From a bacterium (GTDB lineage: Bacteria > SM23-31): a stretch of 64,000 nucleotides of DNA. The notes under the pieces were generated by a model that saw only the letters and a list, made by a program, of their open reading frames with translations, ran no database searches and had not been told where the DNA came from. Below, in pieces: positions 55,201-64,000 of this stretch (position 1 is its first letter; each line of letters begins with the position of its first letter). Position numbers and translations under genes: made by a program. The stretch is taken from contig OZ252239.1 of the NCBI GenBank assembly GCA_965249485.1, forward strand, positions 1,216,001 through 1,280,000, written 5' to 3'.

Positions 55201-56787
55201 TGAGAATACTGTACTTTGACCGTCGGACACTATCACTCGTACAGAATTCTGCCCTAAATCGAGGTACGAGACGTGTGAATATGAAATCAGACCTGTTGAT
55301 GAATCGATTTCCATACTAATTGGTCTGTCCCAAAGATTATCCAGGGAGAAAATTAATGAGTCTCCATCTGCATCCGATGCATACACCTGCCGTGTAAAGG
55401 GTTGTCCGGCAACTATCGTCGTGTCGGTCAGGGCGGTAATTACCGGTGCTTTATTGGGACTCTCAAGTCCTTCAATAGTCAACTCGAAAACTGTATCTGT
55501 TGCGTCGTGACTACTATTTGATGTAACACCACTAATTAGGTATACTTTACCATCAACAACTTCACTTGAAGAAGCATTGCGTCTTATAGGAATATCCGGA
55601 ATTTAAATTGAAGTTTCCAACACAGGACTGTATGCTTCTACCAGAGTTGATCCACCGTCATCACCAATCAAGTAAATTAGATCGTTAACGATAACTGCGT
55701 TATGATTATTTCTTGGTTGTTGCATAGGGCCGGCAGTGGTCCAACTATCATTTACAGGATCGTAAATTATTACGGAAGATAGTTTCTGATACGGACTTGT
55801 AACACCTCCAAAAATCCAAATTTTGCCATTATATACAGTAGCAGCAGCATCGGCCCTCGGCTCTGGCATATCACTTTTTGATACCCATGAATCAATAATC
55901 GGATCATATTCATATACAGATGAATACACGGTAGGACCATTATTTCCGCCAAAAACATATAATTTATTATTGATTCCAATTACAGCCATATCAACTAAAG
56001 ACATAGGTAAAGATGATTTTGTCGTCCAGGTATTCGAATCCGGATTATATACGTCTAAACGTGATACAGTAGTTGTTTGTGAATATCCAGCTACAAGATA
56101 GAACAGACTATCAACTGCCGTGCCATAAGCCATTCTGCGTTGAACAGGTATGTTTGCTTTTGTCGTCCATTGATCTGTTAAGGGATCATATTCTTCTAAA
56201 ACATAATCCTCTCTAACTAAGTCTTCACCACCTGCAATATATATTTTGTTATTGATTACACCAGAAGCAGTGTTCCATCTTCCAGGTGTCATTGCAGCTT
56301 TAGCATTCCACTCGTATCCATATTCACCTGCGTATCCTTGAATTATACTTTTAAAAGTAGTAGAAAAGTTATTTAAAATAATGTTCAGCGTATCACTGTA
56401 AAATTGCTGCACTTCAGGCGAAAACGAAATTGTAATGTTCAATTTTTTATTAGTGCTATCACCAACAAAATATGACGACATTACACTTGGTTCAATTATT
56501 GAAAAATATTCTCCTGAACTTAAGTAGAGGGAATCGATTTCTAAAGAATCGAGCGGATCCGTTGTATTGATAAATGTGGAGTCAGTAAATATAATTGCGG
56601 TATCAGAACTAAAATATATATCAAATGACCGAGATCTTGTGTCATTGAATGGGGCATATAAATGTTGAAGTGTTATAACAGAACCAGAATCCGCATTTAA
56701 TGCTACTGCTGATATTGAAGTCGAACCATTTAAAGCATCAAAATTGTCTGAGGAAAATACAATCGCAGGAAAAAGACACGAAAACAA
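49296..56787 (-). CDS. Giant (~2,500 aa) modular secreted protein: Kelch propeller, cadherin/He_PIG Ig repeats, PD40 blades, ASH-like domains, right-handed beta helix, T9SS/FlgD-type CTD; interrupted by TAA at 55603 and a +1 base at 53726
   Basis: ORFs 55603..56787, 53695..55482 and 49296..53702 join up: an in-frame TAA falls inside a Kelch blade, and the intact duplicate copy at 55160 reveals an extra T. C-terminus [25 protein letters not shown]. Confidence 0.8.
53407..55447 (-). repeat. Duplicated ~606-bp unit encoding two cadherin-like domains (53407..54013 and 54842..55447)
   Basis: [29 protein letters not shown] and [29 protein letters not shown] each occur twice with high DNA identity. 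Confidence 0.9.
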
Positions 56788-57001
56788 AGTAACACGTTTC
56801 GTGGTAACCCCTATAACGGTAGTTTTTCTATTACTTCGATAAAAGTATTAACCACACATGTCAGACTTCGATTCGCATTCCATTAATTTTTGGCAGGTTT
56901 ACACAGAAGTGTCTAAGATTTGTTCACAAATTAATGGGCGTTCTGTTTTTGGCGAAGAATATTGATTGTATTACAATATATAACATTTATTTTAAGAATG
57001 C

Positions 57002-57067
57002 TGTGACGGGCATCACAAATAGTGAAATATGCAACAATTTTTTGTGAATTTTGTGACGTGCGTCACA
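57002..57067. promoter_or_regulatory. Two perfect CRP-type boxes 50 bp apart
   Basis: TGTGA-CGGGCA-TCACA (57002-57017) and TGTGA-CGTGCG-TCACA (57052-57067) in a divergent intergenic region. Confidence 0.7.
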
Positions 57068-57278
57068 AAATTATGGTTAAGAATCGACTAATGCAGTAAA
57101 TTATTGAAAATGAACAGTTGTCCGGAACAGTATGGAATATAATTCGAACAAATCACTGAGGAAGGTGTCCATCTTACCGTTGTCTTTCGGTGAATTGTTC
57201 CGTACATTGGATCCAAAAGGTACTAACATCAGTTTATTCATTAGTAAGTAGAAATGACGAGATAGAATTAGCGAATCA

Positions 57279-59468
57279 ATGGTGGTTTGTATCGAATATG
57301 AAAACACAACATCTTTTGCATCATATGCTGCGAAGCTGACCGGCAAAACCAGGGAACAGTTTGATGCAGTGGTCACCTATTCCGAGTCAGTTCGGATACT
57401 GCTCCGTAATGATAACAGGGTCTTAACAACCGGGCAGATTGATCAATTTGTTTCAATCCTCAATGAACTGCATCTGGATAATGCTGCAATTGCTGCGGGA
57501 TTGCTCCATGACCTGCATAAATTCCCCGAATTGATGAAAGCCATTAAAAAGAATTTTGATGATGAAATTTATAACCTCGTCTCAGAATATGGCAGAGTCA
57601 GCGTCCTGGCAAAACAGGCAAAAGAGAATGAAGGGGAAGACAACTACATCAGGCTTGTATTTTCCACGGCAAACGATTTCCGCGTAATCATGATGCTGAT
57701 CGCAAACCGGTATGTCTGGATTCTCAATTACAGTCTCCTGCCTGAAAAAGTGCAGATTGTCCAGGCAGAAAGGGTCATAGCTTTTTATGCACCGCTTGCA
57801 CACCGGCTCGGTTTTTTTAAATTCAAGACTACGATGGAAAATATCGCATTTAAAATTCTCTATCCCGATCTCTATGACGAGTTAACCGAGCAAGTATCGG
57901 ATAGACGAGATCAATTAGATAAATATCTCGAAAAAGCGGTCGCTCAAATCGGTCATGAACTTGAGCGGTACAATATCAAAGCAGACTTATCGAGCAGAAC
58001 AAAAAACGTAATGAGCGTCCACAGAAAAATGACATTGACCGGCCGTCCTTTTCAGAAAATTTACGATCTTCTGGCAATACGGGCAATTGTGCAATCAGTA
58101 TCAGACTGTTATAAAGTACTTGCAGTTGGCCAGCAGCTCTACAAGCCGATTCTTGAAGAATTTGATGACTATATCCAGCGTCCGAAAACGAACGGTTACC
58201 GGTCTCTCCATGTGCTGCTCGAAGATTCGGGAAAATGGAAGTTTGAACTCCAGATACGCACCGAAGAGATGCATAGAACATCGGAAATGGGTGTTGCCGC
58301 CCACTGGAACTATAAAGAAGGGAATGATCAAAGTACTACCGATGCGATTTTTCAGATGTTCAGAGAACAAACGACCGACCCGGAACATGGGATCGATTCA
58401 AAAGCATTTAGCAATTTTTACCAATTTCATGAAATAAAAAGCGAAATCTTTGTATTTACTCCGAAAGGCGATCTTAAACGGCTACCGAAGGGATCGACGC
58501 CGATAGATTTTGCTTTTGCAGTCCATAAGGACATCGGAATACGATGCTCGGGAGCAAAAGTGAACGGCCACATTGTGTCTTTTAATACCGAGTTACAAAA
58601 CGGAGACAGTGTTGAGGTCATGACTGCACATAAACCGGTTGTCAATTCCGACTGGTCAAATTATGCACATACACAAAAAGCAAAAAGTGAAATACGTCGA
58701 TGGCTCCGAGATCAGATGCGTTTGCACAGTATCAAACTGGGAGAAGAGATTCTTGCCCGTACGTTCAGAAAGAAAAAAATATCTGAGAAACATGACAGTC
58801 TGGCAAAGATGTGTAAATCACTCAATTTTGCTACCGTTGATGACCTGTATAACGCAGTGGGATCAGGAAATGTATCGGCTCATTCGGCAATGCAAAAACT
58901 TTTTAACAACAGAGCAAAGAGCGGCAATGGCAAATCGACCATTGAAGAGAAAGTATCTTCGGAACGAAAATACTCAAAAGGATTGAAAGTCGGTGGAATC
59001 GATAGTTTGATGATCAATTTTGGCAAATGCTGCATGCCGCTGCCCGGTGATCCTATTCTGGGTTATATAACCCGTGGAAAAGGGGTAACTGTCCACAGAA
59101 TGACCTGTAAAAACATTAGGCAGTTACATCTTGAACCGGAGCGTGAAATAATTGTGGATTGGGAGCTTGAAGCGGATAAACTTTTTCCCGCCGGACTGAA
59201 AGTGTCTTTAACGAAAAGCGACTCTTTCATAAAAAATATAACACCGATATTTGGAAACCGCTCTATCAATTTACTCAACTATCAGCTGGTTCGAGAATCA
59301 GATCATGATTATTGTATATTAGTTGTTGAAATTCCTCATCTAGACGATTTGCAAAGAGTTATAAAAAAATTGAACAACCAGAAAGCAGTGCGAAATGTAA
59401 TCCGCTTAAACTACTCCGAGTACAAACAACTGTTGAGGTCGGCTCCCATTGTACTGGGAATAAAGTGA
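57279..59468 (+). CDS. Long RelA/SpoT homolog, RelA-like (degenerate HD hydrolase, EXDD synthetase)
   Basis: LLHDLHK replaces HDxxED; EEFDDYIQRPKTNGYRSLH, ELQIRTEEMH; TGS, ZFD (KCCMPLPGD) and ACT domains. Confidence 0.9.
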   Translation: MVVCIEYENTTSFASYAAKLTGKTREQFDAVVTYSESVRILLRNDNRVLTTGQIDQFVSILNELHLDNAAIAAGLLHDLHKFPELMKAIKKNFDDEIYNLVSEYGRVSVLAKQAKENEGEDNYIRLVFSTANDFRVIMMLIANRYVWILNYSLLPEKVQIVQAERVIAFYAPLAHRLGFFKFKTTMENIAFKILYPDLYDELTEQVSDRRDQLDKYLEKAVAQIGHELERYNIKADLSSRTKNVMSVHRKMTLTGRPFQKIYDLLAIRAIVQSVSDCYKVLAVGQQLYKPILEEFDDYIQRPKTNGYRSLHVLLEDSGKWKFELQIRTEEMHRTSEMGVAAHWNYKEGNDQSTTDAIFQMFREQTTDPEHGIDSKAFSNFYQFHEIKSEIFVFTPKGDLKRLPKGSTPIDFAFAVHKDIGIRCSGAKVNGHIVSFNTELQNGDSVEVMTAHKPVVNSDWSNYAHTQKAKSEIRRWLRDQMRLHSIKLGEEILARTFRKKKISEKHDSLAKMCKSLNFATVDDLYNAVGSGNVSAHSAMQKLFNNRAKSGNGKSTIEEKVSSERKYSKGLKVGGIDSLMINFGKCCMPLPGDPILGYITRGKGVTVHRMTCKNIRQLHLEPEREIIVDWELEADKLFPAGLKVSLTKSDSFIKNITPIFGNRSINLLNYQLVRESDHDYCILVVEIPHLDDLQRVIKKLNNQKAVRNVIRLNYSEYKQLLRSAPIVLGIK

Positions 59469-59489
59469 ACCGCTGCGCAGCGGTTCACT
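59464..59489. repeat. Perfect 26-bp palindrome overlapping the stop of the first RSH gene
   Basis: AGTGAACCGCTGCGCAGCGGTTCACT equals its own reverse complement. Confidence 0.9.
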
Positions 59490-59527
59490 AAAAGTGTTGA
59501 GAAAAACATGTTAATATCATTGAACAA

Positions 59528-61663
59528 ATGAAGAAAACCTTTCAAAAAAAATATGACGTATTAGTCCGTACATTGGACTCGTATATTCCGAATGGGAACA
59601 GCCAATTGCTTGAAAAGGCATTTTGGTATGGATTTAAAGCGCACAAAGACCAGTTCCGAAGATCGGGAGAACCCTATTTCAGCCATTGTGTCGCTGCTGC
59701 GGAGATTCTGGCTGAGTTTAAAATGGATGTCACAACAATTATTGCCAGTTTACTACACGATACTGTTGAAGACACAGGGATATCGCTCTCGGAATTAAAA
59801 AGTGAATTCGGAAAAGATATAGCCCATCTTGTCGACGGTGTGACAAAAATCGGAGATCTGAAATTCCAAAAAACTGAATTAAAACAAGCAGAAAATTTCA
59901 AAAAAATTGTTCTTGCAATGGCGAAAGATATCCGGGTCATAATGATAAAATTTGCGGACAGACTGCATAATATGCAGACACTCCATTATCTGCCGGCTAA
60001 AAACAGGAAAAAGATCGCGCAGGAAACGCTCGATGTTTATGCCCCGCTTGCCCATCGCTTTGGTATGGCGAAACTTAGCTGGCAATTGGAAGACCTGTCG
60101 TTTAAATATGTCTACCCTCGAAAATATTCATATATCGAAAAAAAGATTTCGCAAAAGTGGGCTGACAGAATAGAACAGATTGAGAAAATGAAAAAACCGA
60201 TCTCAGAAAAACTGACATCTCTCAATTTGCCGTTCAAAATAGTCGGTCGACCAAAAAGTTACTACAGTATATACCAAAAAATGGTCGAACAGGGGATCCA
60301 CATTGATGATGTCTATGACCTCATTGCACTCAGAATTATCACAGATCAACAGCAGGACTGTTATCTCATCATGTATGCAATCCATTCACTTTACTCCCCT
60401 GCAAGTGACCAGATTAAGGATTATATTGCTACTCCAAAAAGCAATGGATACCGTTCACTTCACACAACGGTTAAAATTCCAGGTAGCGACTGGGTGGAAG
60501 TGCAAATACGTACATCTGATATGGATTACACAGATGAAATGGGAATCGCCGCTCATTGGAAGTATAAATCGAAATGGACAGCTATGGATGTAGACGATAA
60601 TATTGTGTGGGTGCAGCAGTTTGTGGATGGAAACACGGATGATACGGATGCAAGTGAGTTTATGCATTCATTTAAATTTGATCTTGTTAAGGATGAAGTA
60701 ATTGTTTTTACTCCAAAGGGCAGACTTATCAACTTACCGGTAAATTCAACACCGGTCGATTTCGCTTTTGAGGTTCATACCGAGATTGGTCTGCACTGTA
60801 TCGGCGCAAAAGTTAACTCACGGGTTGTCCCGCTCTACTCAGTACTGAAAAACGGAGATGAAGTAGAAATTCTCACTGTATCGAAACCAAATATTAAAGA
60901 GAATTGGACATCATTTGTTGTAACATCACGGGCACGGTCACATATTAATAAATGGCTGCGGGAGAATAAGAGGACACAATTTTTAGAGTTCGGGAAAAAA
61001 GTGCTTTCTGACGAATTGACTGCATTGAAAATAGCTCCGGATAAAATATTCAATGATGAAAATCTGATTAAAAAAACTGGTTATAACAGTCTGAATGCAC
61101 TACTCAAGGCAGTTGCAGGCCAAGACGTTTCAACGCAGGAAGTATTGAAACGCCTTGATGTGTATCAGGATGATAAAAAAATCAAAAAAACAGATAGGTC
61201 GGCACAATATTCCGAGGTAGCAAGCAGTGATACTGTAGTTTCAATTGGCGGAGATTATCCACTTGTCATCGAAATGTGTCCCTGCTGCACACCGATACCA
61301 TTTGACAAAACAATTGGCGTACAACAAAAGAGAAAAGGAGTTACCATACACAGACTCGACTGCTCAAAGCTACCCAAGGAACTATCTAAAAATGAGCAAT
61401 GGATTCATAGTTTGTGGGATAGTAACCAGTCACGACTTTATTCCGCATCGATTAAAATCAGCGCAGCAGACCGCAAACATCTTCTAAGAGATGTCATAAT
61501 GGTGATATCACGGCTCGATATCAATATAAATAGAGCATTTATCGAATCGCGTGATCTTTCCGCAATGTGTGAATTATCCATTGAAGTAAAAGATTCTGAA
61601 GAGCTTGAAACGGTAGTTGATGAGATTATGAAAGTCAGAGATGTTCAACGTGTCACGAGATAA
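59528..61663 (+). CDS. Long RelA/SpoT homolog, SpoT/Rel-like (intact HD hydrolase)
   Basis: RRSGEPYFSH, LLHDTVED, KFADRLHN, QIKDYIATPKSNGYRSLH; TGS, ZFD and ACT domains. Confidence 0.92.
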   Translation: MKKTFQKKYDVLVRTLDSYIPNGNSQLLEKAFWYGFKAHKDQFRRSGEPYFSHCVAAAEILAEFKMDVTTIIASLLHDTVEDTGISLSELKSEFGKDIAHLVDGVTKIGDLKFQKTELKQAENFKKIVLAMAKDIRVIMIKFADRLHNMQTLHYLPAKNRKKIAQETLDVYAPLAHRFGMAKLSWQLEDLSFKYVYPRKYSYIEKKISQKWADRIEQIEKMKKPISEKLTSLNLPFKIVGRPKSYYSIYQKMVEQGIHIDDVYDLIALRIITDQQQDCYLIMYAIHSLYSPASDQIKDYIATPKSNGYRSLHTTVKIPGSDWVEVQIRTSDMDYTDEMGIAAHWKYKSKWTAMDVDDNIVWVQQFVDGNTDDTDASEFMHSFKFDLVKDEVIVFTPKGRLINLPVNSTPVDFAFEVHTEIGLHCIGAKVNSRVVPLYSVLKNGDEVEILTVSKPNIKENWTSFVVTSRARSHINKWLRENKRTQFLEFGKKVLSDELTALKIAPDKIFNDENLIKKTGYNSLNALLKAVAGQDVSTQEVLKRLDVYQDDKKIKKTDRSAQYSEVASSDTVVSIGGDYPLVIEMCPCCTPIPFDKTIGVQQKRKGVTIHRLDCSKLPKELSKNEQWIHSLWDSNQSRLYSASIKISAADRKHLLRDVIMVISRLDININRAFIESRDLSAMCELSIEVKDSEELETVVDEIMKVRDVQRVTR

Positions 61664-61903
61664 AATTACACGATTTATATTATTTAACTCAATTGACTCT
61701 TTGTTGGGCACGAGAAACATTTTATATCCTCATTTTATTTCAAAATATTATTTACTATTAAATAAATAAAGTACTTTTTACTTGCTTCTTTGTAAAAAAT
61801 CTTTAATATATCGGCTGTTGCATAAATGAAATATTATTAATATATTACCACGTTTTTTTTGCGCTTTTCATCCCACTAATTAATTCCGAAAAAGGGAGTT
61901 ATA

Positions 61904-62215
61904 ATGCATACGGTAACGAAAAAAGATGTTACAAAACGAACTGCACAACTCTTGAATGAAAAAATAGCCGATACCGAACTTGTTGTAGACGGTGTTTTTA
62001 ATACTCTACGAGATATCATGATAAATGCAAATCCTGAAGTCCGGATTGAAATCAGAGATTTCGGAGTGTTCGAAGTTCTAAAAACAAATCCGAAGCCAAA
62101 TGCCAGAAATCCCCGAACGGGTGAAAATATTTATGTTCCTGCCCGGAGAAAAACACATTTCAAAGCAGGGAAAATTCTCAAAACAATTTTAAAGAAACCG
62201 CTTGACGAGGAGTAA
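61904..62215 (+). CDS. HU/IHF family DNA-binding protein
   Basis: TKKD, IEIRDFGVFEV, ARNPRTGE, FKAGK; GGGAG RBS. Confidence 0.93.
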   Translation: MHTVTKKDVTKRTAQLLNEKIADTELVVDGVFNTLRDIMINANPEVRIEIRDFGVFEVLKTNPKPNARNPRTGENIYVPARRKTHFKAGKILKTILKKPLDEE

Positions 62216-62230
62216 CACCGCTTTTAACTC

Positions 62231-62266
62231 GAGCCGTTAGAGAGAAGACTTTAACGGCTTTGTTGT
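62231..62266 (+). terminator. Possible terminator hairpin after the HU/IHF gene
   Basis: GAGCCGTTAGAG...CTTTAACGGCTT followed by TGTTGT. Confidence 0.55.
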
Positions 62267-62289
62267 ATGTATACTTATTAGGAAGTACA

Positions 62290-62718
62290 ATGAGCACCAG
62301 TGAAAAACCGCGCATTATAGCACTCGACTATGGTAAACGGAGAATAGGGGTCGCGGTATCTGATTTGTTACGGATAACAGCTCAACCGAGAGAGACGCTT
62401 CTTATAAAAAGCTCAAAAGATGCCGTTAATCAGATTAGAGAAATTCTATATAAGGAAAGCGCTGAATGTATCGTGCTTGGTCTGCCGAAAAATCTCTCAG
62501 GAGATATAGGAGATATGGGTAAAGAGGTCCAGGAATTTGGAGAAATGCTGACACAGGAGTTAGGAATTTCTATCCACTATTTAGATGAGCAGCTAACATC
62601 AGTTCAGGCTAAAAAAGTAATGCATTCTATGAATATGAAGCCGAGTAAAAATAAAGCTAAAGTCGACTCTTTGTCGGCTGTTTTTATTTTGCAAACCTAT
62701 TTGGAATTGAACGAATGA
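62290..62718 (+). CDS. ruvX: YqgF/RuvX pre-16S rRNA nuclease
   Basis: IIALDYGKRRIGVAVSD, VLGLP, DEQLTS, VDSLSAVFILQ. Confidence 0.93.
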   Translation: MSTSEKPRIIALDYGKRRIGVAVSDLLRITAQPRETLLIKSSKDAVNQIREILYKESAECIVLGLPKNLSGDIGDMGKEVQEFGEMLTQELGISIHYLDEQLTSVQAKKVMHSMNMKPSKNKAKVDSLSAVFILQTYLELNE

Positions 62719-62889
62719 TATATCCAGTCTCTCATATGAGAGTAGATGAGCAGTAATGAATAGGCCAAGGAATAAAATCGATAGTGAATATTCTGAACAA
62801 TGAGCTTATTGAATAGAAGTGACAATTAACCGGTCCGGTTAAGTAATTGTTCTTTGTGTTAAGATGAGTGAAATTGAATTAGTATTTCT

Positions 62890-64000
62890 ATGGTAATCAG
62901 AGCATGTGTTGAAGCAGTACGGAACTATCGTATTCCGTTATTTTTAGGTGCCGTATTGGGGCTTGCCTTTCCGCCGGTACCCCTGGGTTTTATCATGTAT
63001 ATCGGCCTTTTTCCTATTCTCAAATGGTCACAATCGGGTACAGCCGGACTGGCATTTAAGAGAGGTTATTGGTGGGGGCTTGGATATAATGCTGCCGGGT
63101 TGTTCTGGTTCATGAACAGCACTATTCTCGGCGGTTCACTCGCTCTCTTGTACCTGCCGCTTTTCAGTGCTGTTTCCCTGTTGCTTTTCAGATGGGTATA
63201 TAAAAAATACGGCATGCTGTTTTATGTGCTATTCCCTGTGCTTTGGACAGCAATCGAATATTTTAGAACGCTCGGTGTGCTTGGATTTTCCTGGATGTCT
63301 ATTGCTCACTCACAGACCTATTATCCGGTTCTGCTCCAATATGCGGATATTACGGGAGTTCACGGTGTGGTTTTCTGGATATGCGTTCTGAACGTACTTT
63401 TATTTCTCGCCTTTCATAGGGCCCGTTCAATCGATATCGGGTTCACTCGCACTGCAGTTGTTCACTTCATTAAAGATAGACAATTCATGTTATATATAGT
63501 AGCTCTAATGATTTGTTTCGTTGTTCCGGTAATGTACGGTGTAACTGTCATGAATTCCGGTTCGTGGTATGATGAAACCGTGAAAGTGTCGCTTATTCAG
63601 GGCAATATCGATATGGCTGAAAAAACCGATGTGCAATTACGCGATCCGATGTTTTCGCTCTATGATTCCCTCTCTATCAGTGCGGCGGCCGATAATCCCG
63701 ACCTGATCGTCTGGTCAGAAACAGCGGCACTGGCATTCCTCGACTTTTCAGGTCATCAAAAATATAATGACTGGATGCAGAACATTGTGTCACAATCCCG
63801 AGCTTCTATTTTGACGGGGAGCTATGGGTATGAACGAATAGAGAAAAATGGGGAAATATCCGTTAAAACGTTTAATGCTGCGGTTATGTATGACCGAGAA
63901 TCGCTGCAAAAAACATGGTATGGTAAAATTCGACTTGTGCCATTCGGGGAATGGTTTCCCTATGAAGATCGATTTCCAGTTTTTCAGAACCTCGATTTTG
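62890..64000 (+). CDS. lnt: Apolipoprotein N-acyltransferase (3' end runs off the window; absent from the ORF track)
   Basis: Manual translation from ATG at 62890: LAFPP, LGFSW, QGNID, DLIVWSETA, YGKIRLVPFGEWFP. Confidence 0.88.
   Translation, partial: MVIRACVEAVRNYRIPLFLGAVLGLAFPPVPLGFIMYIGLFPILKWSQSGTAGLAFKRGYWWGLGYNAAGLFWFMNSTILGGSLALLYLPLFSAVSLLLFRWVYKKYGMLFYVLFPVLWTAIEYFRTLGVLGFSWMSIAHSQTYYPVLLQYADITGVHGVVFWICVLNVLLFLAFHRARSIDIGFTRTAVVHFIKDRQFMLYIVALMICFVVPVMYGVTVMNSGSWYDETVKVSLIQGNIDMAEKTDVQLRDPMFSLYDSLSISAAADNPDLIVWSETAALAFLDFSGHQKYNDWMQNIVSQSRASILTGSYGYERIEKNGEISVKTFNAAVMYDRESLQKTWYGKIRLVPFGEWFPYEDRFPVFQNLDF

Noticed and set aside
53407..55447. Diversity-generating retroelement TR/VR pair
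   Set aside because: Differences between the copies are not adenine-specific (many synonymous C/G/T changes), both copies are coding, and there is no reverse transcriptase in the window.
30382..55605. TAA stop-codon reassignment
   Set aside because: Many conserved genes (rpmE, dnaK, moxR, hflX) end at TAA at the expected length, and RF1 has normal PxT and GGQ motifs.
63167..63391. 74-aa ORF in the track
   Set aside because: It is an out-of-frame overlap within lnt.

Overview
Bacterial chromosomal window, probably from an FCB-group lineage such as KSB1, Marinimicrobia or Calditrichaeota. This is an inference from the [13 protein letters not shown] T9SS/FlgD C-terminal domain, the Bat operon and the gene order. 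Most of it is housekeeping: hflX-folC, rho-rpmE-DUF1385-prfA-prmC-rnr, dnaK-clpB, a moxR-DUF58-batABCDE operon with extra TPR/SurA-like genes, yicC-gmk-coaBC-udg-dnaB, HU/IHF, yqgF and lnt. The accessory parts are a radical SAM/SPASM + two GT2 + PHP cluster, a BlaI / M56-TonB / TonB-lipoprotein module, a ManC-ManB fusion and a ~2,500 aa modular secreted protein. The best leads: (1) a tandem pair of long RSH genes that look split into a RelA-like hydrolase-dead EXDD enzyme and a SpoT-like hydrolase-intact enzyme; (2) a BlaI/BlaR1-TonB module with a mec-type operator in its promoter spacer and an internal Shine-Dalgarno + ATG that could yield a separate TonB lipoprotein isoform; (3) a complete sigma54 / IHF / enhancer architecture upstream of dnaK-clpB; (4) twin perfect CRP-type boxes between the giant secreted gene and the RSH pair. 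Several genes carry single-base lesions (3 frameshifts, 2-3 in-frame TAA, 2 apparent ATT starts), which may be assembly errors. I found no rRNA, tRNA, CRISPR array, transposase, integrase or reverse transcriptase.
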